Below, one piece after another: positions 1 to 8,132 of a stretch of 38,873 bases of DNA (the stretch's first letter is position 1; the number at the start of each line of letters is the position of its first letter). The stretch covers positions 1-38,873 of the forward strand of contig CAYOMT010000001.1 in assembly GCA_964405125.1 (NCBI GenBank), written 5' to 3'. The DNA is from an uncultured bacterium (GTDB taxonomy: Bacteria; Chlamydiota; Chlamydiia; Chlamydiales; SM23-39). The notes below the pieces were generated by a model. The model had not been told where the DNA came from. It saw only the letters and a program-made list of their open reading frames with translations, and did no database searches. The position numbers were made by a program, and so were the translations under genes.

Positions 1-923
1 CCTTCGGCAGAACGGAGGAGGCGAGGGCAAGAGGCAAATCCAAATTTCTTATTTTTCTTCCATCCGATGCCTAAAAACGCCAAAAGTCCATAATCGAGCC
101 CGGCAATGGGATTGTTGATTTGGCGCACCAGAGCCTTTTTCCGTCCCAAACTTTCAAAAAAAGAAAACATCCCCGATTCGATTGCCAATTTCCAAATGAC
201 CCCATGGCCCCCCGGCTTCATCACCCACTTTAAATCATCGGAAAACATCCAGTCCCCTTTTTCATTGACCACAGGGACAAGGGGCTGGGGGACAATGTGA
301 AACAATTCCTTGGGCCTGCCAAACCACCGATTTTCCTCCAATACCTTGAGGATGTGAAAGTGGTTATTCTTCTCATGCGATGTCATCATCCCGATGGGCG
401 TTAAAATCCGTTTTCCATACCGTTGAAAATAAAGAAGTTCCCGCGCTTGAATATCGGCAATGATCCGCTCCAAAAGAATCTTTCCGGCAAATTGCAATTT
501 TGCGGCGGGAAGTTCGCATCCCGTTACCTCGTCGATCAGATGGAGTCTATCTGCAGCTCCTCCCAAAGGGATGATTTCGGCCATCTCAGGCAGCGCTTCA
601 ATGCCCCACGAAACAGCCTCTTTTGTCTTTTCGTCTTCTTTTGAAATATCTATGAAGGAAGGCGCGTGGTATTGGATAGAAGAAGACGGGGGTTCCTTCT
701 CTTTTTGAAGAAGAGAAAGAATCTTTTGGTGATACCCAAGAATCCCCCCAATTTCCCGATAAAATTCTTGAACGGGAATGAGATCTTCCAGAAGTTTTTC
801 CAAAGATTCCAGCGAAAAAGAAGGGTGTTCAATCAGCCGGTGCAGTTGCCCAATTTCATCCAAGTGAGCCAGTAAAGAGGAAAATTTCTCTCCCAGACGT
901 GTTTTTAAAAATTCAAGAGTCAT
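1..923 (-). CDS. UDPGP-family (UTP-sugar-1-phosphate uridylyltransferase-like) nucleotidyltransferase; the 5' part is present and the 3' end runs off the window start
   Basis: Absent from the ORF track because no stop lies in the window. Reading the minus strand from ATG (921-923) gives an open frame to position 3: MTLEFLKTRLGEKF...AEIIPLGGAADRLHL...MMTSHEKNNH...VMKPGGHGVIWKL...INNPIAG. The LGG..RL and KPGGHG motifs fit the UDPGP family. Confidence 0.6.
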   Translation of the reverse strand, partial: MTLEFLKTRLGEKFSSLLAHLDEIGQLHRLIEHPSFSLESLEKLLEDLIPVQEFYREIGGILGYHQKILSLLQKEKEPPSSSIQYHAPSFIDISKEDEKTKEAVSWGIEALPEMAEIIPLGGAADRLHLIDEVTGCELPAAKLQFAGKILLERIIADIQARELLYFQRYGKRILTPIGMMTSHEKNNHFHILKVLEENRWFGRPKELFHIVPQPLVPVVNEKGDWMFSDDLKWVMKPGGHGVIWKLAIESGMFSFFESLGRKKALVRQINNPIAGLDYGLLAFLGIGWKKNKKFGFASCPRLLRSAE

Positions 924-1093
924 AAAAATCTTCTACCAGGTTCGTGAAATTTGCCAGGAACGGAACAAAATTACAACATCCGATTTTCCATATGGTTGTC
1001 TATATACCTATGTGCTATAGTCTTTCTCGATGAAAAACCGAGGATCTTATTTCTGCAAATGAACTAAAAATATGAAAATGCAAAAAATTTTTT

Positions 1094-1121
1094 TTGACTA
1101 TTATATCTACAGGCAGATAAA
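1094..1121 (+). promoter_or_regulatory. Candidate sigma-70-type promoter for the SWIB gene (TTGACT-N16-GATAAA, preceded by a T8 tract)
   Basis: TTGACT at 1094-1099, a 16-nt spacer, GATAAA at 1116-1121, about 55 nt upstream of ATG 1178. The same TTTTTTTTGACTAT string recurs at 6189-6203. Sequence pattern only. Confidence 0.25.
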
Positions 1122-1177
1122 AGGTTCTTTTGAGCAAAAATATTCATTGTTGAGCTTTTTCAAAGGAGAATGAAAGT

Positions 1178-1438
1178 ATGGCAACAAAACCAAAGACATC
1201 GAAATTCATGCAACCCATGAAACCCAGCAAAGAGCTTGCTGCTGTAGTGGGAGAAGGACCGATGCCGCGCACTGAAGTGACAAAAAAACTATGGGCGTAC
1301 ATTAAGAAAAATAGTCTGCAAGATGCGAAAAATCGAAGAAACATCAATCCAGATGAAAAACTCCAAAAAATCTTTGGAGGAAAAAAAGCCGTGAACATGT
1401 TTGAAATGACAAAATTAGTCAACAAACACCTCTCTTAA
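1178..1438 (+). CDS. SWIB/MDM2 (BAF60b) domain protein, 86 aa
   Basis: KPSKELAAVVG..PMPRTEVTKKLWAYIKKNSLQD...NPDEKLQKIFG is the SWIB-domain signature seen in small chlamydial SWIB proteins. AGGAG at 1164-1168 lies 9 nt before the ATG. Confidence 0.9.
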   Translation: MATKPKTSKFMQPMKPSKELAAVVGEGPMPRTEVTKKLWAYIKKNSLQDAKNRRNINPDEKLQKIFGGKKAVNMFEMTKLVNKHLS

Positions 1439-1450
1439 GTCATGGTCTTC

Positions 1451-1479
1451 GACCCAAAAATGAAAATGATTTTTGGGTC
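1451..1479 (+). terminator. Stem-loop after the SWIB gene (possible terminator or attenuator)
   Basis: Perfect 11-bp inverted repeat GACCCAAAAAT / ATTTTTGGGTC with a 7-nt loop, 13 nt after the stop. It is followed by TATATAT rather than a clean U-tract. Confidence 0.45.
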
Positions 1480-1484
1480 TATAT

Positions 1485-2258
1485 ATGCAGCGATATAAAA
1501 TTCTCATTTCCTACGACGGAACAAACTATTCCGGCTGGCAAGTCCAAAAAACCGGCATCGCCATCCAGCCTCTTTTGCAAAAAGCCATCGAAACGATCTT
1601 GCGCCATCCGATCGATCTCACGGGGTCCGGAAGAACGGATGCAGGAGTGCACGCTCTTGGCCAAGTTGCTCATTTCGACAGTTTTGAACCCTTTGATTTG
1701 CATCGATTCCTCCTTTCTGTCAACGCTCTTTTGCCCCTAGATATCCGAGTCCACTCGATTGAAAAAGCGCCTAAAGATTTTCACGCCCGCTATAGCGCGG
1801 AAGGAAAAATCTACCACTATTATTTGCATCTCAACCGAATCTTCGATCCCTTCACCCGTCTTTATTCCCACCATGTGAAAGAAGCTTGCGACCTTTCCCT
1901 TTTGCAAGAGGGGACCACTTATTTTTTAGGCACCCACGACTTCACCTCGTTTGCCAATCAACCCCACAAAGGGACAGCCAGCTACGATCCGATCAGAACC
2001 TTAAAGCGGCTAGAAATCCATCCGGTTAAAGAAGGGATCTTCCTCTTATTTGAAGCCGACGGCTTTCTCTATAAAATGGTTCGAAATATAACAGGCACTC
2101 TTTTAGATATTGCAAAAGGAAAAATCAAATCTTCCGCAATACCCGATATTTTCCTCGCAAAAGATCGGAAAAAAGCGGGATCTTCGGCGCCCGCGCAAGG
2201 GCTATTTCTTATGGAAGTGAAATACCCTCTAAACTCTCAAAGTGGAGAGTCCCTTTAG
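1485..2258 (+). CDS. truA: tRNA pseudouridine(38-40) synthase TruA
   Basis: MQRYKILISYDGTNYSGWQVQ N-terminal signature and the GSGRTDAGVHALGQV catalytic Asp motif. The ORF-track start 1473 is a TTG inside the upstream hairpin, so I chose the first ATG at 1485. Confidence 0.9.
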   Translation: MQRYKILISYDGTNYSGWQVQKTGIAIQPLLQKAIETILRHPIDLTGSGRTDAGVHALGQVAHFDSFEPFDLHRFLLSVNALLPLDIRVHSIEKAPKDFHARYSAEGKIYHYYLHLNRIFDPFTRLYSHHVKEACDLSLLQEGTTYFLGTHDFTSFANQPHKGTASYDPIRTLKRLEIHPVKEGIFLLFEADGFLYKMVRNITGTLLDIAKGKIKSSAIPDIFLAKDRKKAGSSAPAQGLFLMEVKYPLNSQSGESL

Positions 2259-2874
2259 CAAGACCCATCTCCAATAAAGGGTGGTGGCTAGGGCAAATTA
2301 AAACAGCTTGGGCCGGGGTTTTTTCAAGCGCTTGAATCCCTCGAATGCTATCCTCAAACCCGATCACCCGATCCCCCGGCTTGCCATAAAGATGGATGGC
2401 CCGAAGATAACACTCGGGGTCGGGTTTTGGTTTTTCATAATCTTCTCTTGTAATCCAATGGGGAATCGTCTGCAATACAGCGTGTTGCGAGCGAAGGAGC
2501 GCAATTTGCTCAAAGAGCGAATTGGTCACAACGCAACTCCGAATCCCCTCCCGATGCAAAGCCTCCAAAAGAGGCTTTACTCCCGGCATTAACTCCACTT
2601 TTCCAAGAGCAATTAAATCGAAATAGATCTTCTTTTTTTCTGCATATAACCGGTTCCAATCGGTCTCAAGAAAAGGAAACTCCGCATAGATTTGCTGCTT
2701 TAAAGCCTCCGCGTTCAAATGCGCAAGAGAGCAAAATTTAGAAAAGCTCCAGTCGATATCACAGCCATGCAAAGCCAACATATTTACATACGCTTGATAA
2801 TGAACGTGTTCTGTATTTACAAGAAGTCCATCAAAGTCGAATAAGAAAAGTTGAAATCGGCGAATCCAGTCCAT
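2209..2874 (-). CDS. HAD-superfamily hydrolase (subfamily IA, phosphatase/beta-phosphoglucomutase-like)
   Basis: FDFDGLLVNTE (DxDGxxxxTE motif I), VVTNS (motif II), KPKPDPE (motif III), GFEDS (motif IV). The likely start is ATG 2872-2874 (MDWIRRF) rather than 2907. The 3' end overlaps truA convergently by 50 nt. Confidence 0.8.
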   Translation of the reverse strand: MDWIRRFQLFLFDFDGLLVNTEHVHYQAYVNMLALHGCDIDWSFSKFCSLAHLNAEALKQQIYAEFPFLETDWNRLYAEKKKIYFDLIALGKVELMPGVKPLLEALHREGIRSCVVTNSLFEQIALLRSQHAVLQTIPHWITREDYEKPKPDPECYLRAIHLYGKPGDRVIGFEDSIRGIQALEKTPAQAVLICPSHHPLLEMGLAKGTLHFESLEGISLP

Positions 2875-2925
2875 ATATAATTCGACTAAGTATACTTCAA
2901 AAAGCATTTCGTATACATAGAAATT

Positions 2926-4806
2926 ATGAAGAAAATCAACTATCTATACTTCGGAATTTACTTTCTCCTTCTCGTACTCATGTCTGCAAGCGGCATTTTC
3001 GTTGTGAAGCCACTGGCAGAATCGAGGTTTTTCTTTTTCCTTTATAGTATGGGGCAAGCCGCTTTAGAAACCTGTTTTTTGATTGCGATTGGATATTTCC
3101 TCGAGCGCCTAACGAATCGAACCCTTTTTTTAGCCTATATCGGCGCCACGTTTTTTCTTTTCATTCTTCACGTACTTGATTTTCTCATGAATCGAATCCT
3201 CGATCTTTCTATCTGGGAAACAATCTCCTTTGTTCTCGATGAAACATTTGCAAATTTCCTCTTTCTTCTCGACGCTTCGGGAATCCCCACTTGGCTTTGG
3301 GTCATTCTCTTTACAACTCTCTTGTTACTCCCTTTTCTCGGGATTGCCCTCTATAAAATCACAGAAAAAATCACTCAAAAATATCCCCTCCCTCTTCCTA
3401 AGGAATCTCTTCCTCTCGCCATTTTTTGCATTCCCGTGGCTCTCATGTTTTGGGATTTTTCCGCTTCCCGCGTGATCCACCCCAATACATATACAGCCTT
3501 TCTCCAATCTCTTCCCTGGAAATTCACCCTGTTACAGCCGAAAAACGTCATTCTCGAAACCCCCTATCTACCCACCATATCCTACACAAAAAAAAGCCTT
3601 GAAAAGGCAACATCTGAAATCACCCTCTCTCAAAACCCCAATATTTACCTCTTTGTCATCGAAAGTTTCCGAGAAGATTTCATCACCCCGGAAGTGGCCC
3701 CTAATCTGTTTGCCTTCAAACAATTATGCGCTCCGATCGATCTCACTTTATCCAATGCAAATGCCTCGCACCTATCTTGGTTTTCGATTTTTCATTCCCA
3801 ATTCTCTCATAACTGGCATCTTTTGCAGCAAACCCACTGGAATATGGGGAGCCCCGCTCTCTATTTTTTAAAAAACTTAGGGTATCAAATCCATCTCTAT
3901 AGCTCTGCGCAGCTCGGGTATTACGGAATGGAAAAACTCCTTTTTGGAGAAAATAATTCTCTTCTCTCCTCCTACCAAAAATTCCATCACATCCCTCCTC
4001 TTTCCGCCGCAGAAACCGACGCAGAAGCTCTAAAAACGATGCAAAAGGATCTAAAAGAAAATCCAGCTATGCACAAGGGACAAATATTTCTTATGTTCTG
4101 GGATGCAACGCACTTCGATTATAGCTGGCCTAAAAATTGGGCTCCAAAATTTGTCCCCTTTGCAAGCGAACTGGCTTACTTCAAGGCCTTTTATTCACAA
4201 AAAAGGATCCATCAGATCAAAAATCGATATCGGAATGCAGTCCATTATGTCGATCATCTTTTTGGGGAGTTTATCCAAAATATCCCCAATAAAGAAGAAG
4301 CCATCATCATTGTCACGGGAGATCATGGAGAGGAATTCTTCGAGCACGGCCATCTATTCCATGGATCCCATCTCGTTCAAGAACAAACCAACATCCCGAT
4401 CTACATGAAATTTGGAGAAAAAATCCCAAAAGAAAAAAGAGTCCTGGCTTCGCAAATGGATATTTTTCCAAGTCTAATCGATTATCTCTCAGGAAAAACC
4501 CCCTCTTTCCTCCAGGGACAATCCATATTCCGTGAAACAAAATGGCCCTTCGCCGTGATCTCTCGCTTCAATGCCGGCAGAACCCCTTATGAATTGTGCA
4601 TTCACAATGGGAAAAATAAATGCATCGCGCAATTTATCGACCGAAAAAATATCCTTCAATCGAACGCTTTGCAAATCATGTCTTTACAAAGCTTCAACGA
4701 CAAAACCCTTCCGGAATCGCATAAAGATGTCCAAGCTTGGATAGATCGAGAATTCGGACCTGCTATTCAAGGTCTTTTTTCTCCAAATCGCGCAGAAAAT
4801 GAGTGA
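2926..4806 (+). CDS. Polytopic membrane protein with a C-terminal alkaline-phosphatase-superfamily (PF00884 sulfatase / EptA / LtaS-like) domain, paralog 1
   Basis: The first ~190 aa are strongly hydrophobic, with about 5-6 helices. Then come NIYLFVIESFRED (metal-binding Glu region), NANASHLSWFSIFHS (putative Ser/Thr nucleophile region, no CxPxR sulfatase motif), RYRNAVHYVD and TGDHGEEFFEHGHLFHG. Confidence 0.75.
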   Translation: MKKINYLYFGIYFLLLVLMSASGIFVVKPLAESRFFFFLYSMGQAALETCFLIAIGYFLERLTNRTLFLAYIGATFFLFILHVLDFLMNRILDLSIWETISFVLDETFANFLFLLDASGIPTWLWVILFTTLLLLPFLGIALYKITEKITQKYPLPLPKESLPLAIFCIPVALMFWDFSASRVIHPNTYTAFLQSLPWKFTLLQPKNVILETPYLPTISYTKKSLEKATSEITLSQNPNIYLFVIESFREDFITPEVAPNLFAFKQLCAPIDLTLSNANASHLSWFSIFHSQFSHNWHLLQQTHWNMGSPALYFLKNLGYQIHLYSSAQLGYYGMEKLLFGENNSLLSSYQKFHHIPPLSAAETDAEALKTMQKDLKENPAMHKGQIFLMFWDATHFDYSWPKNWAPKFVPFASELAYFKAFYSQKRIHQIKNRYRNAVHYVDHLFGEFIQNIPNKEEAIIIVTGDHGEEFFEHGHLFHGSHLVQEQTNIPIYMKFGEKIPKEKRVLASQMDIFPSLIDYLSGKTPSFLQGQSIFRETKWPFAVISRFNAGRTPYELCIHNGKNKCIAQFIDRKNILQSNALQIMSLQSFNDKTLPESHKDVQAWIDREFGPAIQGLFSPNRAENE

Positions 4807-6178
4807 TGGGACCTAACCCCACTTTCCGATCTAGCACATCTCCCTGGGCATCGACTAAAAGAGCTGTCGGCATGGATCGAATATTATATGTATCGCTCAA
4901 ACGCTGCAGCTTATCCACATTCACTTTCAAAAATTTCACCTTCCCGCTCAGTTTCAAAGCCGATTCCTCAAAATAGGGAGCAACTCTTTTGCAAGGACCG
5001 CACCAAGACGCATAAAAATCGATCACAATAGGCCCTTCGCTTTTTTCTAATTCCCTTTCAAACTGCTCAAAACTTCGAATCTCAACGACTTCTGCCGATG
5101 CCGCAAAAGATTTTTCTTTCTCCGGCTCTTTTTTAAAAGCAAGTCCGTTCATTCGATCCGATACATATTGCTGTACTTGAAGAGCCGCCTTCGCGCCATC
5201 TCCCGCAGCAGAAATTGCCTGCTTAAAAATAGGATCGACAATATCGCCGACGGCATAAATGCCTTCCACCGAAGTTTGCTGCCCTTTTTCTACGAGAATG
5301 TATCCTTCAGAGTCCATCTTCAATACATCTTTAAAAAGCTGGCTATTGGGCTTGGATCCAATGGCTAAAAAAAGGCCATCGAGAGAAAACATCTCCTTCT
5401 TTTTCCCATCCCTTTTCAGGATAACCGATTGCACATTATTTCCATCTCCCTTAATTTCAGCAACTTGCGTATTATACATAACCCGGACATTGGGTTTTGC
5501 AAGGAGCATGTCGACCCTCTTTTTTTCTCCGGCTCTCAAGTGGTCTTTACGGACAAAAACGACGACTTCTTTGGCGATATTGGATAAATAAAGAGCCTCG
5601 AGAACGGCTGCATCGCCGCCGCCGACAACACCCACCCGCATTCCCTTATACAAATTTCCATCGCAAATCGCGCAGTTGCTCACCCCTTTGCCCCAATAGC
5701 CCCGAGGCCCTGTTTCTCCGGGGATTCCCAAATAATTGGGCGAGGTTCCCATGGCAATCACACAAGTTTCCGCAAAGAAAGATCGAAGAGTCTCTTTTCC
5801 ATCCACGGAGCGCACTTGAATCACAAAGGGGCGCTTTGAAAAATCGACAGCCACCACTTCTTCTTGGCAAAATTGCGCTCCATTCTGGATGGCTTGCCGG
5901 CGCATTTTTTCAGTTAAAAAATGGCCTTCGATCTCCATTTCGCCGGGCCAATTTTGCACGCTATGAGACTGAGTGAGCAAGCCGCCGGGATTTTGCCCCT
6001 CAATCACAACGGGATGCAGCTCCGCTCTGCCGAGATATAAAGAGGCCGTTAAAGCGCCAATGCCCCCACCTAAAACAACTGCTGGATAAATAGGGTCTTC
6101 TTTTTTCTGGATAGAATAACCTTCTCCACAAAAAACACAAATGCATGCACAGAAAAAAAATTTTCGCAAAACAATCAT
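4763..6178 (-). CDS. trxB: Thioredoxin reductase fused to C-terminal thioredoxin, with an N-terminal Cys-rich hydrophobic segment
   Basis: FAD motif VVLGGGIGALTAS, redox CAICDG (aa 169-174), NAD(P)H motif VGVVGGGDAAVLEA and GDIVD. A linker at about aa 345-365 precedes a Trx fold with WCGPC (aa 392-396). The N-terminus is MIVLRKFFFCACICVFCGEGYS. No in-frame ATG or GTG lies between the start and the FAD motif; the only other start codon there is a TTG at codon 4, which still keeps the hydrophobic segment. Confidence 0.85.
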   Translation of the reverse strand: MIVLRKFFFCACICVFCGEGYSIQKKEDPIYPAVVLGGGIGALTASLYLGRAELHPVVIEGQNPGGLLTQSHSVQNWPGEMEIEGHFLTEKMRRQAIQNGAQFCQEEVVAVDFSKRPFVIQVRSVDGKETLRSFFAETCVIAMGTSPNYLGIPGETGPRGYWGKGVSNCAICDGNLYKGMRVGVVGGGDAAVLEALYLSNIAKEVVVFVRKDHLRAGEKKRVDMLLAKPNVRVMYNTQVAEIKGDGNNVQSVILKRDGKKKEMFSLDGLFLAIGSKPNSQLFKDVLKMDSEGYILVEKGQQTSVEGIYAVGDIVDPIFKQAISAAGDGAKAALQVQQYVSDRMNGLAFKKEPEKEKSFAASAEVVEIRSFEQFERELEKSEGPIVIDFYASWCGPCKRVAPYFEESALKLSGKVKFLKVNVDKLQRLSDTYNIRSMPTALLVDAQGDVLDRKVGLGPITHFLRDLEKKDLE

Positions 6179-6264
6179 TGGCGCCCCCTTTTTTTTTGAC
6201 TATATACCCAAGACAAAATTCTATACATATATTATATAGAAGATTGTTAGAGGGTGTCTACAAA

Positions 6265-8121
6265 GTGAAAAATTTCTTCTCCCAAAAAAGACGAGTGAAT
6301 TATCCCTATTTTGCTTTTCTATGGCTCTTCATTCTTACATTGAGCCTCATTCGCTTTCTTTCCCTTGATATTTCATTTTGGTTTTTCTTTTACTCTCTTT
6401 TTCAAGGGGTCTTTGAAATCGGCATTTTTACCCTGGCGGCCCACATTGTCAAAGCATCCATGCCCCGCTTTGTCTATTTCATTTTACTGACCCTCTTTTT
6501 TACATTGCTCTTGGTTCACTACACCAATTTCACAATGGTCCGATTGCTGGATGTTTCCCTTTCCTATCTTTTAAAATTCTTTGCAGGAGAAGGGATCTCC
6601 CACGTGATCTCTGTTTTCCAGGCAATCAACATGAACCAAAACATGATGATTTTCATCGGCATCACCATCTTATTGATTCCCATTTTTGGAATTGCTCTCT
6701 ACCAAATCACAAATTGGCTGGCTCAAAGAAAAAGCCTCTCTCTTTCCCTTTCCCAAATCGTTTACTCTCTTTTTGCTTGCGGAAGCTTCCTTCTCGCTTT
6801 TGAATGGATTGCGATTCCCTCCCTTTCGAATGCGAGTCATGTCAAATACCAAAAAACTCTTCCCCTTGGGACAACTCTATTCGATCCTTCCATCCCCGTT
6901 GTCGCTCTCTCGCATCCGATCCTTCCTCCCCTTTCTCAAGAAGAGGTCTTAAAACATTTTGAATCCCTCTCTTGCTCTTCTAAACCGAATATTTATCTTT
7001 TTGTCATCGAGACATTCCGCAAAGACTTTATCAATGAAGAAATTTCGCCCCATCTCGCCCATTTCGGCCATGAAAATATGGAGTTCCCTTTTTCTTTTGC
7101 AAACGCCAACTCGACGCAACATTCTTGGTTTGCTATTTTCCACTCTCTTTTTCCCTATCATTGGACAAACTCGAGAAATCATCCCGCTCAAGGAAGCATC
7201 CCTTTGCAGCTTCTCAAACAACTCGGCTATAAAATCCATGTTTATTCCTCGGCAGATTTGCGTTATTTCGATATGGATACAATGATCTTCGGCCCCGAAC
7301 GAATTCTAGCCGATCAAATCGTCGAACTCGCGCCCAATCGATCCATAGAATCGTGGGAAAAAGACGCTCTTGCCATGGGAGCTTTTGAAAAAGACATCTG
7401 TCAGGAAAAGGGGCGGGAAGGAAATCTATTTCTCTTCTTTTTTGATGCCACGCACTCTGAATATAGTTTTCCGGAAGAATTTTCCCATAAATTCACGCCG
7501 ATCATCAAACAAATCGACTATCTCACTTTAGACCCTAAAAATATTGAGCCGATCAAAAACAGATACCGCAATGCAGTGGCTTACATAGACTCTCTTTTCG
7601 AAAAATTTATCTCGACTCTCAAAAAAGAAGAACTCTACGAAACATCGATTATTGCGGTTACGGGAGACCACGGAGAAGAGTTTTTTGAGGAAGGGTCTTT
7701 ATTTCATGGAACGCACCTCAATTCAATCCAGACAAACGTGCCTATCTTTTTTAAATTCCAAAATACATCCCCGCCTGTCTATACAAATACCGCAACCCAC
7801 GTCGATATCTTTCCCTCCATACTCCATTTTCTCACTGAAAAACCCCTCGCAAACGTATTCGACGGCCAATCGATTTTCAAAGAAAATAGATGGCCCTATC
7901 GCCTAGCCATTTTACAAAATGGCGCTAAAACGCCCTCTGAATTCACGATTGAAAAAGAAAATTATAAACTGCACGCCCGATTCTCAAATCCAAAAAATTT
8001 ATACAAAGAAAAAGAGATTGAAATTATTTCTTTGACAACAACGCCTACCCAAGAAGCTCTTAACTCCGAGTCTATATCTAAAATCTTTGAATTCTTAAAT
8101 AATCCAGATAGACTTAATTAA
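6265..8121 (+). CDS. Polytopic membrane protein with a C-terminal PF00884 (EptA/LtaS/sulfatase-fold) domain, paralog 2
   Basis: Same architecture and motif series as 2926-4806: NIYLFVIETFRKD, ANANSTQHSWFAIFHS, RYRNAVAYID, TGDHGEEFFEEGSLFHG. The ORF-track start 6145 would overlap the divergent trxB start. I chose the in-frame GTG at 6265, with AGAGGG 10 nt upstream; the start remains uncertain. Confidence 0.75.
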   Translation: MKNFFSQKRRVNYPYFAFLWLFILTLSLIRFLSLDISFWFFFYSLFQGVFEIGIFTLAAHIVKASMPRFVYFILLTLFFTLLLVHYTNFTMVRLLDVSLSYLLKFFAGEGISHVISVFQAINMNQNMMIFIGITILLIPIFGIALYQITNWLAQRKSLSLSLSQIVYSLFACGSFLLAFEWIAIPSLSNASHVKYQKTLPLGTTLFDPSIPVVALSHPILPPLSQEEVLKHFESLSCSSKPNIYLFVIETFRKDFINEEISPHLAHFGHENMEFPFSFANANSTQHSWFAIFHSLFPYHWTNSRNHPAQGSIPLQLLKQLGYKIHVYSSADLRYFDMDTMIFGPERILADQIVELAPNRSIESWEKDALAMGAFEKDICQEKGREGNLFLFFFDATHSEYSFPEEFSHKFTPIIKQIDYLTLDPKNIEPIKNRYRNAVAYIDSLFEKFISTLKKEELYETSIIAVTGDHGEEFFEEGSLFHGTHLNSIQTNVPIFFKFQNTSPPVYTNTATHVDIFPSILHFLTEKPLANVFDGQSIFKENRWPYRLAILQNGAKTPSEFTIEKENYKLHARFSNPKNLYKEKEIEIISLTTTPTQEALNSESISKIFEFLNNPDRLN

Positions 8122-8132
8122 ATACATGGTTA

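Noticed and set aside
2209-2258. Convergent coding overlaps (truA/HAD 50 nt, PF00884-1/trxB 44 nt, valS/S9 peptidase 6 nt) as regulatory antisense arrangements
   Set aside because: Convergent 3' overlaps are common in compact genomes, and nothing in the sequence points to a specific regulatory role.
6145-6264. N-terminal extension of PF00884 paralog 2 (track start ATG 6145)
   Set aside because: It would overlap the first 34 nt of the divergent trxB-trx gene and consume the only intergenic promoter space. The extension is non-hydrophobic and unlike paralog 1. I prefer GTG 6265 with an upstream AGAGGG, though the start remains uncertain.
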